Assembly: GCA_002372325.1 (NCBI GenBank)
Contig: DFFT01000009.1
Location: 2,334 to 66,333, forward strand
Source: Succinivibrionaceae bacterium UBA3769
Lineage (GTDB): Bacteria; Pseudomonadota; Gammaproteobacteria; Enterobacterales; Succinivibrionaceae
Reading direction: 5' to 3'
DNA length: 64,000 nt
The position numbers were made by a program, and so were the translations under genes. The number at the start of each line of letters is the position of its first letter. The stretch's first letter is position 1. Positions 44,937 through 55,519 of the stretch are shown piece by piece. The notes below the pieces were generated by a model, which saw only the letters and a list, made by a program, of their open reading frames with translations, was not told the origin of the DNA and ran no database searches.

Positions 44937-45854
44937 CTAACTTTCAAAATCCATATAACCCAGGGAACGAAGGGCTCTGGCATCATCAGACCATCCGCTC
45001 CTGACCTTAACCCACAGCCCGAGATACACCTTATTCTCAAGCATTTTTTCTAAATCCTTTCTGGCTTCCGTGCCGATGGTTTTCAGCTTCTGTCCTTCGG
45101 TTCCGATAATCATTTTCTTCTGGCCTTCTCTTTCCACCAGAATCACCGCGGAAATGGAAACCCGGCCGCTCTCTTCAACAGTGTATTCCTCGATCTCCAC
45201 AGCCACGCTGTACGGGAGCTCCTGTCCGGTAAAACGCATCAGCTTTTCCCGGATCACCTCTGCCGCAATAAAACGCATGGAACGGTCGGTGACATAATCC
45301 TCCGGGAAGCAGAATTCTCCCTCCGGGAGATGCGCCCGGGCAATTTTCCTGAGCTCGTCCACATTGGTGCCCTGCTTGGCGGACACGGGAATAACGTCCT
45401 TGAAGGGCATGAGCGCTGACAGCTTTTCGATTACCGGCAACAGCTCCGCCTTGTCATGAATTTCGTCAATTTTGTTGATCACCAGAATAACGGGAACGGA
45501 CAGCTTTTTCAGCTTTTCCAGCACCATTTCGTCATCCCGGGTCCATCTGGTGCAATCGGTCACAAAAAACACCAGCTCCACATCCCGGAGGGAGCTCTCC
45601 GCCGCCCGGTTCATGAGAGCATTGATGGCCCGCTTTTCCTCGATGTGCAGTCCCGGAGTGTCAACGTAAACGGTCTGATAATTTCCGGCGGTATCAATTC
45701 CCAGAATTCTGTTTCTGGTAGTCTGGGGCTTCCGGGAAGTAATCGAAACCTTCTGCCCCAGAATATGATTCATCAGTGTGGACTTGCCGGCATTGGGACG
45801 CCCCACAATGGCCACAAAACCGAAATGCTTCGCAGATCCGCTGTTGTCTGTCAT
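44937..45854 (-). CDS. era: GTPase Era
   Basis: [19 protein letters not shown] domain. Confidence 0.98.
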   Translation of the reverse strand: MTDNSGSAKHFGFVAIVGRPNAGKSTLMNHILGQKVSITSRKPQTTRNRILGIDTAGNYQTVYVDTPGLHIEEKRAINALMNRAAESSLRDVELVFFVTDCTRWTRDDEMVLEKLKKLSVPVILVINKIDEIHDKAELLPVIEKLSALMPFKDVIPVSAKQGTNVDELRKIARAHLPEGEFCFPEDYVTDRSMRFIAAEVIREKLMRFTGQELPYSVAVEIEEYTVEESGRVSISAVILVEREGQKKMIIGTEGQKLKTIGTEARKDLEKMLENKVYLGLWVKVRSGWSDDARALRSLGYMDFES

Positions 45855-45866
45855 ATAAAATTCCTG

Positions 45867-46598
45867 TTAATCCTTAGCTCCGGCCCTGCGCGCGTGAATA
45901 AGGTCAAGAGCCTTCTGAGCGGCGTTCTGTTCGGCGCCTCTTCTGGTGGAACCGTAACCCACCAGAGTCTCCTTGATAAACGTGCATTCCAGATTCACGG
46001 TAAACTGCTGATTGTGATCCTCGCCGGTAATGCTGACCACCCGGTAAACCGGAAGGGATTGATGCCGGCCCTGGAGATATTCCTGAAGCTGGGTCTTGGG
46101 ATCCTTCTGATCAAATCCGGGGTGCACCGTCCTGAGCTTTTCGGAAAACCAAGTCTGCACCAGCTCCCGCGCCTTCTCAAAATTCCGTCCGGAATCGAGA
46201 TAAACAGCAGCCAGAGTCGCCTCCACCACATCAGCAAGTATGGACTCCCGGCGGAATCCGCCGCTTTTAAGCTCTCCGGGCCCCATAATCAGATATTCGC
46301 TGAGATTAAAGCCCCGGGCAATTTCCGCTAAGGTGGATTCCCGCACCAGAGTGGAACGCATTCTGGTGAGATCCCCCTCGCCGACCTTGGTAAAACGATG
46401 GTAAAGCTCGTCTGCAATTATAACCCCGAGAATGGAATCTCCAAGAAATTCCAGCCTCTCATAATGCACCGGACTTGCGCTTCTGTGAGTCAGCGCCTGT
46501 ATCAGGTAATCGCGATTTATAAAGGTATACCCGATGGTTTTCTCGTAGGCGCCCAGTTTGTCTGCAGAGTTGCTGCCTGTCATGCCAGATGCTTTCAT
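45867..46598 (-). CDS. rnc: Ribonuclease III
   Basis: ERLEFLGDS and dsRBD (DPKTQLQEYLQ...AEQNAA). Confidence 0.98.
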   Translation of the reverse strand: MKASGMTGSNSADKLGAYEKTIGYTFINRDYLIQALTHRSASPVHYERLEFLGDSILGVIIADELYHRFTKVGEGDLTRMRSTLVRESTLAEIARGFNLSEYLIMGPGELKSGGFRRESILADVVEATLAAVYLDSGRNFEKARELVQTWFSEKLRTVHPGFDQKDPKTQLQEYLQGRHQSLPVYRVVSITGEDHNQQFTVNLECTFIKETLVGYGSTRRGAEQNAAQKALDLIHARRAGAKD

Positions 46599-46601
46599 TT
46601 T

Positions 46602-47498
46602 TTAATTTATGCCGCCTATTCTGTCAATTTTTATTCCGCCGTCCATAGTGCAGCTGAACCAGACTGCCACGGCCCGTCCCAGCAGGTAATCATCCGGAAC
46701 AAAGCCCCAGTAACGGCTGTCCCTGCTGTGCTCGCGGTTATCCCCCATGGCAAAGTAATGCCCCTCCGGAACCACCCAGTCCCCGTGAATATTGCCGATA
46801 ACATTGGAGCTGCCGTCGTCAAAGAAGGTTTCGGGAGTAACAACGCCGCGATCTCTCATAATTTCATGGGACACACCCAGAAGATCCTCGTTTTCCATAA
46901 TGCCGCTCTCGCTGGGATACGCCGGATTTCTTTCCAGATAAAGCTGCAGAGATTCCGGAAGTTCCCTGGCGGTGATATGCTTAAGTTCATGAGAGCCCTT
47001 CTCCTGAATATGGAGCTCCCCCTTGCTTACCACAATGCGATCCCCCGGAAGGCCGACAATTCTCTTGATGTAGTCAATGGAAGGATCCTCGGGATATTTG
47101 AATACCACCACATCGCCCCGCTGCGGAGTTCCGGTGGCATAGAGCACTTTATTGGTGAAGGGGTTTCTCAGGCCGTAACGAAACTTTTCAATAAGAATAA
47201 AGTCTCCCCGGGTCAGAGTCGGCATCATGGAGGCGGAAGGTATTCTGAAGGGCTCGTAGACAAAGGAACGCACCAGAAGCACTGCCAGAAGCACCGGAAA
47301 ACAGCTCACCAGATTGCCCCAGAGACCGCCGGCCTCCAGAATTTCGCTCTTCTCCTTGCGGGTCAGAGGCACCCGGGCCTCCTCCTCGGCCTTACGGAGC
47401 TCTTCCTTTCGCTGCTTTCTGAAACAGAACACGTCAAAGAGCCACATGATTCCGGTAAGAGCCGTGGAACCTATCAGAACAAGAGTAATCGTATTCAT
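46602..47498 (-). CDS. lepB: Signal peptidase I
   Basis: IPSASMMPTL, YIKRIVGLPGD, GDNREHSRDSRYWG. Confidence 0.97.
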   Translation of the reverse strand: MNTITLVLIGSTALTGIMWLFDVFCFRKQRKEELRKAEEEARVPLTRKEKSEILEAGGLWGNLVSCFPVLLAVLLVRSFVYEPFRIPSASMMPTLTRGDFILIEKFRYGLRNPFTNKVLYATGTPQRGDVVVFKYPEDPSIDYIKRIVGLPGDRIVVSKGELHIQEKGSHELKHITARELPESLQLYLERNPAYPSESGIMENEDLLGVSHEIMRDRGVVTPETFFDDGSSNVIGNIHGDWVVPEGHYFAMGDNREHSRDSRYWGFVPDDYLLGRAVAVWFSCTMDGGIKIDRIGGIN

Positions 47499-47516
47499 AA
47501 TTTTCTCCCGGAATCC

Positions 47517-49310
47517 CTAGTCGCTGCCCACCTGCAGAATCGCCAGGAAGGCTGACTGCGGCACCTGCACCCGGCCGATGGCCTTCATGCGCTTTTTGCC
47601 CTCTTTCTGCTTTTCCAGAAGCTTTCTCTTTCTCGTAATATCCCCGCCGTAGCACTTAGCCAGCACATCCTTTCTCAGAGCCTTTACCGTGCTTCTGGCG
47701 ATAATCTGATTCCCGATGGCGGCCTGAATGGCGATATCAAACATCTGTCTGGGAATCAGCTCCTTCATCTTATCCACCAGGAGTTTGCCCCGGTTCATGG
47801 CATTGGACTTGTGGGTAATCACCGCCAGAGCGTCAACACGCTCTCCCGCGATAAGAATGTCCATGCGCACCATGTCAGCGGCCTGAAACCTCTTGAAGCC
47901 GTAGTCCAGGGAAGCGTAGCCCCGGGATACCGACTTCATCCTGTCAAAGAAATCCAGCACCACTTCACCCATGGGAATTTCATAGGTGAGAGCCACCTGC
48001 GCGCCATGATAAACAAGGCCGGTCTGAATGCCGCGCTTCTCCTGACAGAGCTGCATGACATCGCCGAGACACTGCTGCGGCATCAGCATACGGCATTCCG
48101 CAATGGGCTCGCGAATTTCGGAAATGGAATTAACCGCCGGAAGATTTGCCGGAGAATCCACCATTTGAATGGATCCGTCGGTCATCACCACCTCATAGAT
48201 TACCGTAGGAGCGGTGGTGATAAGATCCAGATTGTATTCCCGCTCCAGACGCTCCTGAATGATTTCCATATGGAGCATGCCCAGAAAGCCGCAACGGAAG
48301 CCGAAGCCCAAAGCCTTGGACTTTTCCGGCTCAAAAAACAGGGAAGCATCATTAAGGGACAGCTTGTCCAGGGCATCCCGGAAATTTTCATAATCATCGG
48401 TGGATACCGGGAACAGTCCCGCATAAACCTGCGGCTTGACTTTTTTAAAGCCCGGAAGAGGCTCCGGAGCCCCGTCCTTGGCATTGGTTATGGTATCCCC
48501 CACCGGGGCTCCGTGAATGGTCTTGATACCGCAGACCACCCAGCCTACTTCGCCGGCGGTGAGCTCCTTGCGATCCACCCTCTTTGGGGTATAAATACCG
48601 ACCCTGTCCACATTCCAGGATACCCCGGTGGTCATAATCTTTATCTTATCGCCCACTTTAACGGAGCCGTCCACCACTCTGACCAGGGAAACCACTCCCA
48701 TATAATCATCAAAGTAGGAATCAATAATAAGAGCCTTAAGAGGGCCGTCCGGATTACCTTTGGGGGCCGGAATTTTGGAAACGATCTCCTCCAGCACCTG
48801 CTCTACGCCGACTCCGGTTTTAGCGGAGCATCTTACGGCATCAACGGCATCGATCCCCACGATGTCTTCTATTTCATCGCAGACTCTTTCCGGGTCAGCG
48901 GTGGGCAGATCGATCTTGTTAAGCACCGGCAGCACCTCAAGACTGAGATCCACGGCCTGGTAGCAGTTAGCCAGCGTCTGAGCCTCCACCCCCTGGGTGG
49001 CATCCACCACCAGAAGAGCGCCTTCGCAGGCCGCCAGAGAGCGGGACACCTCGTAGGAAAAATCCACATGTCCCGGAGTGTCAATAAAGTTGAGCTCGTA
49101 ATCCTGACCGTCAGAAGCCCGGTAATTCAGCGTGACCGCCTGAGCCTTGATGGTAATGCCCCGTTCCCTTTCAATATCCATGGAGTCCAGCACCTGTTCC
49201 TGCATTTCCCGGACAGTCAGACCGCCGCATATCTGAATTAAACGGTCGGAAAGGGTTGATTTGCCATGATCAATATGGGCAATTATTGAAAAGTTTCTAA
49301 TATTCTTCAT
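47517..49310 (-). CDS. lepA: Elongation factor 4
   Basis: [33 protein letters not shown]. Confidence 0.99.
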   Translation of the reverse strand: MKNIRNFSIIAHIDHGKSTLSDRLIQICGGLTVREMQEQVLDSMDIERERGITIKAQAVTLNYRASDGQDYELNFIDTPGHVDFSYEVSRSLAACEGALLVVDATQGVEAQTLANCYQAVDLSLEVLPVLNKIDLPTADPERVCDEIEDIVGIDAVDAVRCSAKTGVGVEQVLEEIVSKIPAPKGNPDGPLKALIIDSYFDDYMGVVSLVRVVDGSVKVGDKIKIMTTGVSWNVDRVGIYTPKRVDRKELTAGEVGWVVCGIKTIHGAPVGDTITNAKDGAPEPLPGFKKVKPQVYAGLFPVSTDDYENFRDALDKLSLNDASLFFEPEKSKALGFGFRCGFLGMLHMEIIQERLEREYNLDLITTAPTVIYEVVMTDGSIQMVDSPANLPAVNSISEIREPIAECRMLMPQQCLGDVMQLCQEKRGIQTGLVYHGAQVALTYEIPMGEVVLDFFDRMKSVSRGYASLDYGFKRFQAADMVRMDILIAGERVDALAVITHKSNAMNRGKLLVDKMKELIPRQMFDIAIQAAIGNQIIARSTVKALRKDVLAKCYGGDITRKRKLLEKQKEGKKRMKAIGRVQVPQSAFLAILQVGSD

Positions 49311-49401
49311 AGGTATTCAGGAACAGCTCCGGCGCAAACACACTTTGCTTGTCAAAACAAAAGAGGATTATAACAGATAAGAGCCGGAACATTTGAGGAT
49401 C

Positions 49402-49863
49402 TTACGACTTTACATCAGATTTGCATCCCGGAACCGCCGGCAAAATGCCGACCATCCGCGGAGCCCAGATGGTTTTTACAAAGATTCGGGAAAGAAAAAC
49501 GGCGAGACAGAAGCCCAGAGTCAGGCCGGCAAAGGCTCCGGCAATACCGGCAAGATCATTCTGAAATATGAGTTCAGCGGCCAGAGCTCCCGCCAGAAGT
49601 CCCAAAAGTGGCACCAGATAGGCAATAACGGCGCTTACCATAACGGAACTTTCCGGAACTCCGATGCGCGCCACATCGCCGACTTTGGCATTAAGAGAAT
49701 TCGGAACGCTGAAGATCACCGGCTTTTTAGAGGTGTCGGAATTGTCCTCGGGACACGATGCGGTTCTGTCAGAGCAGGATCCGCAGATCCCCCGCACTCC
49801 CTGCTCGCATACCGCCAGGCCATCCCCGGAGATGCTTCTGACAACAGCCAGAGTTTCGGTCAT
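49402..49863 (-). CDS. rseC: RseC/MucC family protein
   Basis: CGSC Cys motif, two transmembrane segments, position after rseB; start uncertain. Confidence 0.8.
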   Translation of the reverse strand: MTETLAVVRSISGDGLAVCEQGVRGICGSCSDRTASCPEDNSDTSKKPVIFSVPNSLNAKVGDVARIGVPESSVMVSAVIAYLVPLLGLLAGALAAELIFQNDLAGIAGAFAGLTLGFCLAVFLSRIFVKTIWAPRMVGILPAVPGCKSDVKS

Positions 49864-49879
49864 ATGCTTCTGAGACAAA

Positions 49880-50875
49880 TCAACCTCCCCGGTAGGATTC
49901 GGCGATCCTCTTTTCAGCCTCAAGAGGCAAATCACCCACGGCAACTATCTCATAGGGAGGCGCCTGATGACGGTAAAGATTGGTTCTGCCCTGCCGCACC
50001 ACCGGAAAATCCATATTTCCGATAAGGGGAATCCGGTAGATGGAAAAGTCCGCAATGCCATCGGAATAAACAATGTGCTCCACGGTATCCAGCCCATCTC
50101 CCAAAGCATAGCGCTGCGAAAACACCGGCTCAAATCCCGGGGGCAGCTCCTTCAATGACCAGGAAAACTTTTCCAGCGGCTCGGCGTTGTCTGCCGGATT
50201 GGGGAAGGATTCGCTGGCATTCTCCACATTGAGCACCTTGGCATTGGGAGTGTCAGACACCGCGAGATTTACGGCATTGAAGCTTTCCATCAGGCTGTCA
50301 TTGCCCATGCCGGGATTGTGATGCACCACCTCGGCGCCAAGAAGAATGCCGGTTTTGGAGTCCACATGAAGAATGTAGCTGTAACGGTAATTATCCATGG
50401 CAGTAAGGCGGATTTCCCGGGCCAGCCGTCCGGCAATGCGCTTCTCTCCCAGCAGTATGGGAGTGTACGATTTAAGAATTTTTTCAGCCGGCACCTGCAT
50501 CAGTCTGACAAAAACAGACGGCAGGAGAGCATTCTTCACCGCAAAAGGCTCCGTGCCGTAAGCGAAGTAGACGATAAGCCCGCCCTTGGTGAAATATCCG
50601 GAGGGTTCTCCGTTGAGAAAAAGCCAGTGAGAAATGCTGCCGGCTTCAGTAAGTCCGTGGGAAAATGACACCGGCTCTATCTGACCGGCGCTGACTCTGG
50701 TAAAGAGAAGTTCGTAATTTTTGGAGGTGGACGCCTTCTGCATATCAGCAAAAAGCCCCCGGGCCTCATCGCTGTCAGCAGACATATCATAATCTTCTGC
50801 CTGGGCCAGCGCTGCCATCCCGGCCAGAAGAGGAACCATCAAATACCTTAAAAATGTCCGCATCTGTAACCGCAT
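49880..50875 (-). CDS. rseB: Periplasmic anti-sigma-E regulator RseB
   Basis: Signal peptide, RIAGR, YRYSY, YSDG, VGDLP; operon position. Confidence 0.85.
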   Translation of the reverse strand: MRLQMRTFLRYLMVPLLAGMAALAQAEDYDMSADSDEARGLFADMQKASTSKNYELLFTRVSAGQIEPVSFSHGLTEAGSISHWLFLNGEPSGYFTKGGLIVYFAYGTEPFAVKNALLPSVFVRLMQVPAEKILKSYTPILLGEKRIAGRLAREIRLTAMDNYRYSYILHVDSKTGILLGAEVVHHNPGMGNDSLMESFNAVNLAVSDTPNAKVLNVENASESFPNPADNAEPLEKFSWSLKELPPGFEPVFSQRYALGDGLDTVEHIVYSDGIADFSIYRIPLIGNMDFPVVRQGRTNLYRHQAPPYEIVAVGDLPLEAEKRIAESYRGG

Positions 50876-50884
50876 CCTGTCTTC

Positions 50885-51550
50885 TTACATACCGACAGTT
50901 CTTAACACCCTCTCGTGATCATTAAGGATCGCATCCAGAGTTGTGAGCTCCCGGTTCTTCCTGGCCGCTTTGATTTTTTCCAGTTCGCCGGCTTCGCGGG
51001 AATGCCGGGCAGTGTCATTATAACCGCCGTAGAGCTTGTCGGAACCGTCCGGTATTGCCGTTACCACCGGAGCCACGCTGGTGTTGGTCACCGGAGAAGC
51101 CATCACAGCCTGGTGTCCGCCCAGATAGCTCTGTTCCGCAAATTTTCCTGCAGTATCGCTTTGGCCGTTCCAGAGTGAGGCTCCGAACACGCAAAGACAG
51201 GCCACGCCGGCTGCCACGGCAATCTGGCCCATATCATGCCACATTCCGCTGAAGCCGCTGAAGCGCTTTTTCTGAGCCCTGGCAGCTTCGGATGACGGCA
51301 CGGCATCCTCATCGTTTGCCGCTCTCGGCTGCAGCGCCGGTTCCCGGGAAACCTCAAGAGCCACAGCATCTGACAGGGCCGCAAAGTCGATTCCTTCCGG
51401 AATTTCGTCTCTGAGGCCGGCGCGGATTTCAGACATGGCTGCAAATTCCTTCATGACTTCTTCATCGTCAAGAAGGGATTCCAGCGTCCTGTCATCAATG
51501 GCGGCGCCGTCAAAATAAGCTGAAAGAAGTTCTTGCTGTTCTTTAGTCAT
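50885..51550 (-). CDS. rseA: Anti-sigma factor RseA
   Basis: ELLSAYFDG N-terminus and single transmembrane QIAVAAGV segment; follows rpoE. Confidence 0.82.
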   Translation of the reverse strand: MTKEQQELLSAYFDGAAIDDRTLESLLDDEEVMKEFAAMSEIRAGLRDEIPEGIDFAALSDAVALEVSREPALQPRAANDEDAVPSSEAARAQKKRFSGFSGMWHDMGQIAVAAGVACLCVFGASLWNGQSDTAGKFAEQSYLGGHQAVMASPVTNTSVAPVVTAIPDGSDKLYGGYNDTARHSREAGELEKIKAARKNRELTTLDAILNDHERVLRTVGM

Positions 51551-51560
51551 AAACACACCC

Positions 51561-52154
51561 TTAAGCCTTGCTGTTCAGCCTTTCTCCGGACTCGGTAAGC
51601 TTTCTGTTGATGATTTCGCGGGCCCTGGAAATACGGGATTTGACCGTACCCACAGGACAACCCATCACATCAGCAATCTCATCATAAGACATGTCGTCTA
51701 TTTCTCTGAGAGTAATCGCCTGCCTGAGATCATCCGGAAGAGACTGAAGAGCTTCCTTAATTACGCGCTTAACATCAGAGCTTTCCAGAATATTTTCCGG
51801 ATTGTCTCCCTGATGCAACCTTTCCGAACCGTCGTAAGCCTCAATGTCAGGAGTATCCACATCAACGGATATCCCTCTGCCGGCATTCTTTACAACGAAA
51901 TTCTTTGCTGTATTGACAGTTATGCGGTAGAGCCAGGTGTAAAAGGCGCTTTCCCCGCGGAAGCTCTCCATGGCCCGATAGGCCTTGATGAAGCTTTCCT
52001 GCGCAATGTCCTGCGCATCAGCAGGATTTGCCGCAAATCTCTGAGCTATCCCGGCAACCTTGTACTGATATTTTTTCACCAGCAAATCAAAGGCATGCCT
52101 GTTCCCGCGCTGCACCAGTCTTACCAACTGTAAATCAGCATCCTGCTCACTCAT
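51561..52154 (-). CDS. rpoE: ECF sigma factor sigma-E
   Basis: AFDLLVKKYQ, FRGESAFYTWLYRI, GCPVGTVKSRISRAR. Confidence 0.97.
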   Translation of the reverse strand: MSEQDADLQLVRLVQRGNRHAFDLLVKKYQYKVAGIAQRFAANPADAQDIAQESFIKAYRAMESFRGESAFYTWLYRITVNTAKNFVVKNAGRGISVDVDTPDIEAYDGSERLHQGDNPENILESSDVKRVIKEALQSLPDDLRQAITLREIDDMSYDEIADVMGCPVGTVKSRISRAREIINRKLTESGERLNSKA

Positions 52155-52197
52155 GAAATATGGTTCCCATAACTGTCTGGAACTCAGCTACACACAG

Positions 52198-52224
52198 TTA
52201 GACGCGTGTATACGTAAAAAGTTC
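52198..52224 (-). promoter_or_regulatory. Sigma-E-dependent autoregulatory promoter of rpoE
   Basis: Minus strand GAACTT-16 bp-TCTAA, matching the sigma-E consensus. Confidence 0.85.
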
Positions 52225-52513
52225 AATACCAGGTAAAAATAAAGGTGAATGTCAACGTTCCGGGGCCGGTTCTGTCAGGGAACAAGCCCTTGCTGTCAGC
52301 CATTCTGCCCAGATTCAGATCACGCCGCGCTCCTGAAAACCGCCTCCGAAAAACCGCACTATTCTAGCATATTAATGCTGACTCCTCTTTCCAATTGCAA
52401 CTTTGCTCAAAAATTAACTGCTTTATCCGGCGGCAATTTTTCATAAAAAAGCATTTCAAGTAGAATACTGACATGTTTTGAGAGAGGCAAAAAACGAGAC
52501 CGGGGGACGAAAA

Positions 52514-54394
52514 ATGAGTGATGCAGAGGATCTGAAAAACAGCAAAAATTTCGAAAAATCCGCCAAAACCGGAGCATCAGCTAAGCCCGGGAGACTGGCG
52601 GAAACCGTCAAGGCTCTGGCCGGAATCATCTTCTGTCTTTATTTTTTTGCGGTGATGCACCTGGACATTGCGGCCCAGGCTCCCGGTCTGGGCAGCCCGG
52701 GGAACCTGCTGACCCTGGCCTTCGGATCCCTTATTACCGGACTCGGTCTCATCTATCCTCTGGCCCGGAGGCAGAAGGAAATTTATTTTTCCAGACTGCT
52801 CCTGCCCCTCGTCTTTGGCGCTCTGGCATTTCTGGCCGCCTCCCTCATGCATTTCTGGCAGAAGGGTCTCGTGAACTTTGAACCGGCCATCTGGGGCTCC
52901 CTCATTACCCTGTTTGTTTTTGCCCTGGGGCAGTTCCGCCTCTCCCCGGCAGGCATCCGGGCCATTCTGAGCATCATCGCCGTTTCAGGCATCATCGAGG
53001 CGGTTATCGGCATCTGGCAGGGCATGCATGGCACTGTTCCCCGGGGCTGCTTTCCCTCTCCGTGGACCCTGGGGATTTTTCTGAACACCGCCATGGCTGC
53101 GGCTCTCTGGGTGCTTATCACCTCGGAAAGAGTAACCTTTCTGCGGCTCCTCATCACCGTTATCACTCTGGGCGCCTCTCTTGCGGCCATGACATATATT
53201 CACGACATTACCCTCTTCAACATAGCCGTGCTTACCGCCATGCTGGGGTTTCTGGCCTTTTCCAAGTCGGAAAACTCTCTGATCTCCCGGGACAAGGCCC
53301 TGATTTACATCACGATGACGCTGACCTTTACCGGCATTATCGCGTCCATATTTTTATCAAAATTCGAGCACATCGGCGTGGCTGTCGAAAATGACTTTGT
53401 CCATCGGATGATCAAGGACGCTCCCTTTGCCGGACACGGCTTCGGAACCTTTGTCAGGACGCATGCCGAATGGCTGTTTCAGAATATCCCGACTCTCCCC
53501 TACGCCCCGCCCGCAGAAGGCAATCTTCTGCGCATTCTCGCCATCGAAGGAGGCGTGCCGGCCATTATCGGCATTGTGTTCTTTGCCTATGCCATCGTAC
53601 GCTCGGCTCTCTGCAAGGAAAGAAGGCTGTATGCCAGTCTGGGCATTCTGACCCTGTCCCTGCCCGTTATTTCCGCAGTGATAATTAACTCCTGCCTGGA
53701 GGAGGCCTATATCCTCCCCCTCTGTCTTGGTATTTTTGCCGTTCTGGCCGATCCCCCGTACTCCGGCAAAACAGCGAAGTTCCGGAGCGTGGAAGCATTT
53801 GCCTTAGGCGGCGCTGCCATCCCCGTCGCAACTCTGGCCTTTGTGATTACCGGCCTTATGAGCCTTCCGGAGTTAAACAGCATGATCGCAGCGAACACTT
53901 TCCGGCTTACCGCGAAAAACAGAATACTGAATCCTATTCCCCGGCTGGGAGATTTTGTGAGGGGGCGGGACACCGAAGCCACCGCAAATGCTCTTAACAC
54001 GGGCATTGCCGGACTGATACTGGAATCCCGGATGAATCTGGAAAACTCCCTCCCGTACACCGTAAGCTGCAGCTCCCTCAAGGCTGCCCGGGACGCCGAT
54101 GAAGAGCTGGCCCGGGAAAAATCGTTCCTCAAAAAAGCGGCCCCCGATTTCAGGCTTCCGGAACCGGATTTATCCAATGCCTTCATAACCTATATCTGCG
54201 GCGACACGGACAAGTACCTCTCACCGGAGCAGCGGGCCCGCAATTCATATTTCTACTACAGAACCAGGCTTATGAATTCCGAAAAGGAAAACGGCATTGC
54301 CGGCATCCCGGCGATAGTCACCAGCCCTGTTCACTATATCCTGTTCAAGGCCGCGGAGCATTATGCGGGAGAGAAGAAGGAGAAGAAGGAATAA
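52514..54394 (+). CDS. PglL/O-antigen-ligase (Wzy_C)-like polytopic membrane protein, apparently degenerate
   Basis: Many transmembrane segments; PRGCFPSPWTLGIFL resembles the PglL_A motif; GHGFGTF and LAIEGG resemble Wzy_C. Confidence 0.6.
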   Translation: MSDAEDLKNSKNFEKSAKTGASAKPGRLAETVKALAGIIFCLYFFAVMHLDIAAQAPGLGSPGNLLTLAFGSLITGLGLIYPLARRQKEIYFSRLLLPLVFGALAFLAASLMHFWQKGLVNFEPAIWGSLITLFVFALGQFRLSPAGIRAILSIIAVSGIIEAVIGIWQGMHGTVPRGCFPSPWTLGIFLNTAMAAALWVLITSERVTFLRLLITVITLGASLAAMTYIHDITLFNIAVLTAMLGFLAFSKSENSLISRDKALIYITMTLTFTGIIASIFLSKFEHIGVAVENDFVHRMIKDAPFAGHGFGTFVRTHAEWLFQNIPTLPYAPPAEGNLLRILAIEGGVPAIIGIVFFAYAIVRSALCKERRLYASLGILTLSLPVISAVIINSCLEEAYILPLCLGIFAVLADPPYSGKTAKFRSVEAFALGGAAIPVATLAFVITGLMSLPELNSMIAANTFRLTAKNRILNPIPRLGDFVRGRDTEATANALNTGIAGLILESRMNLENSLPYTVSCSSLKAARDADEELAREKSFLKKAAPDFRLPEPDLSNAFITYICGDTDKYLSPEQRARNSYFYYRTRLMNSEKENGIAGIPAIVTSPVHYILFKAAEHYAGEKKEKKE

Positions 54395-54689
54395 AGAGAA
54401 AGCCGCAGAGAAATGAGAAACAGGACAGTCTGAAGAGACAGAGCTTGCCGAAATGGCCTTTGTCCTCTTTTCAGGCAAAGCGGGGATGGCTTCTGGCATT
54501 ATCTCTGAGTGTCTCCCCGCCATTTATGCCCCTTTCACCCCTGACAAGTGAATCTTTCGGTGTCAGCTTCTGATTTCCAGCTTCGGACGCAGGCTCAGCG
54601 GAGCTCCTTTAGCAAAGACCGGCATTCCTCCCATTTGTAAAAAATCCTTCAATGTTGCATAATCATCGTCTCAAGGAGAACACACAGTC

Positions 54690-55331
54690 ATGGATTCAGA
54701 ATTTGAGACACTGCCCGCCGGAACAGAAAATGCCGTTATCGTGGAGGAAACAGAGTCTGCCCAGCTTCCCACACCCTTTGGCATCTTCACCATCAAAGCC
54801 TTCCGGGATTCCCAGCGCAAGGAGCACGCCGCCATCTACATGGGAGATCCGGCCGCCCCGGAGCCGGTGCTGGCCAGAATTCATTCGGAATGTCTCACCG
54901 GAGACACGCTTTTCAGTCTTAAGTGCGACTGCGGTTTTCAGCTGGAGGCCGCCATGCAGAAAATCGCCGCGGAAAAGCGCGGCGTTATCCTTTATGTCCG
55001 GCAGGAGGGCCGGGGCATCGGGCTTTTTAACAAGATCCGGGCCTACCATCTGGAGGACAAGGGCCTTGACACCGTGGATGCCAATGTCAGGCTGGGTTTT
55101 CCGCCGGATGCCAGACGCTACGAGATCTGCGCCGATATGTTTGCAAGACTGGGGGTGAAGGCGGTGAAGCTCCTGACCAACAATCCCTCCAAAATCGCGG
55201 AAATGCAGAAGTACCACATAAACGTAGTGGAACGGGTTCCTCTGGAGGTCGGCCGCAACAAATACAACAACGACTACCTTAACACCAAGGAAACCCGCAT
55301 GGGACATCTTCTGGGACATCAGCCGGACTGA
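54690..55331 (+). CDS. ribA: GTP cyclohydrolase II
   Basis: [28 protein letters not shown]. Confidence 0.97.
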   Translation: MDSEFETLPAGTENAVIVEETESAQLPTPFGIFTIKAFRDSQRKEHAAIYMGDPAAPEPVLARIHSECLTGDTLFSLKCDCGFQLEAAMQKIAAEKRGVILYVRQEGRGIGLFNKIRAYHLEDKGLDTVDANVRLGFPPDARRYEICADMFARLGVKAVKLLTNNPSKIAEMQKYHINVVERVPLEVGRNKYNNDYLNTKETRMGHLLGHQPD

Positions 55332-55519
55332 CCGGAGATCCCCCGCCCCGGATCCCGGAAAACCGGGAGCCTCCGGGGCTGTGCCTGACTTTTGCCCGGC
55401 TCTCCCCGCCCGAACGCTCTTCTTCTCTCCCCAAAAATCCCCTCCCCCGCTCCAAAAGTCACGCCAAGGCCACGTCACAGTTGTAAAATAACAGCATCGC
55501 AACTACCGGGACATTTATC

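Noticed and set aside
54395-54689. FMN riboswitch upstream of ribA
   Set aside because: RFN core words (GGGGUGAAAUUCCC, AGUCCGGAUGGGAG) are absent.
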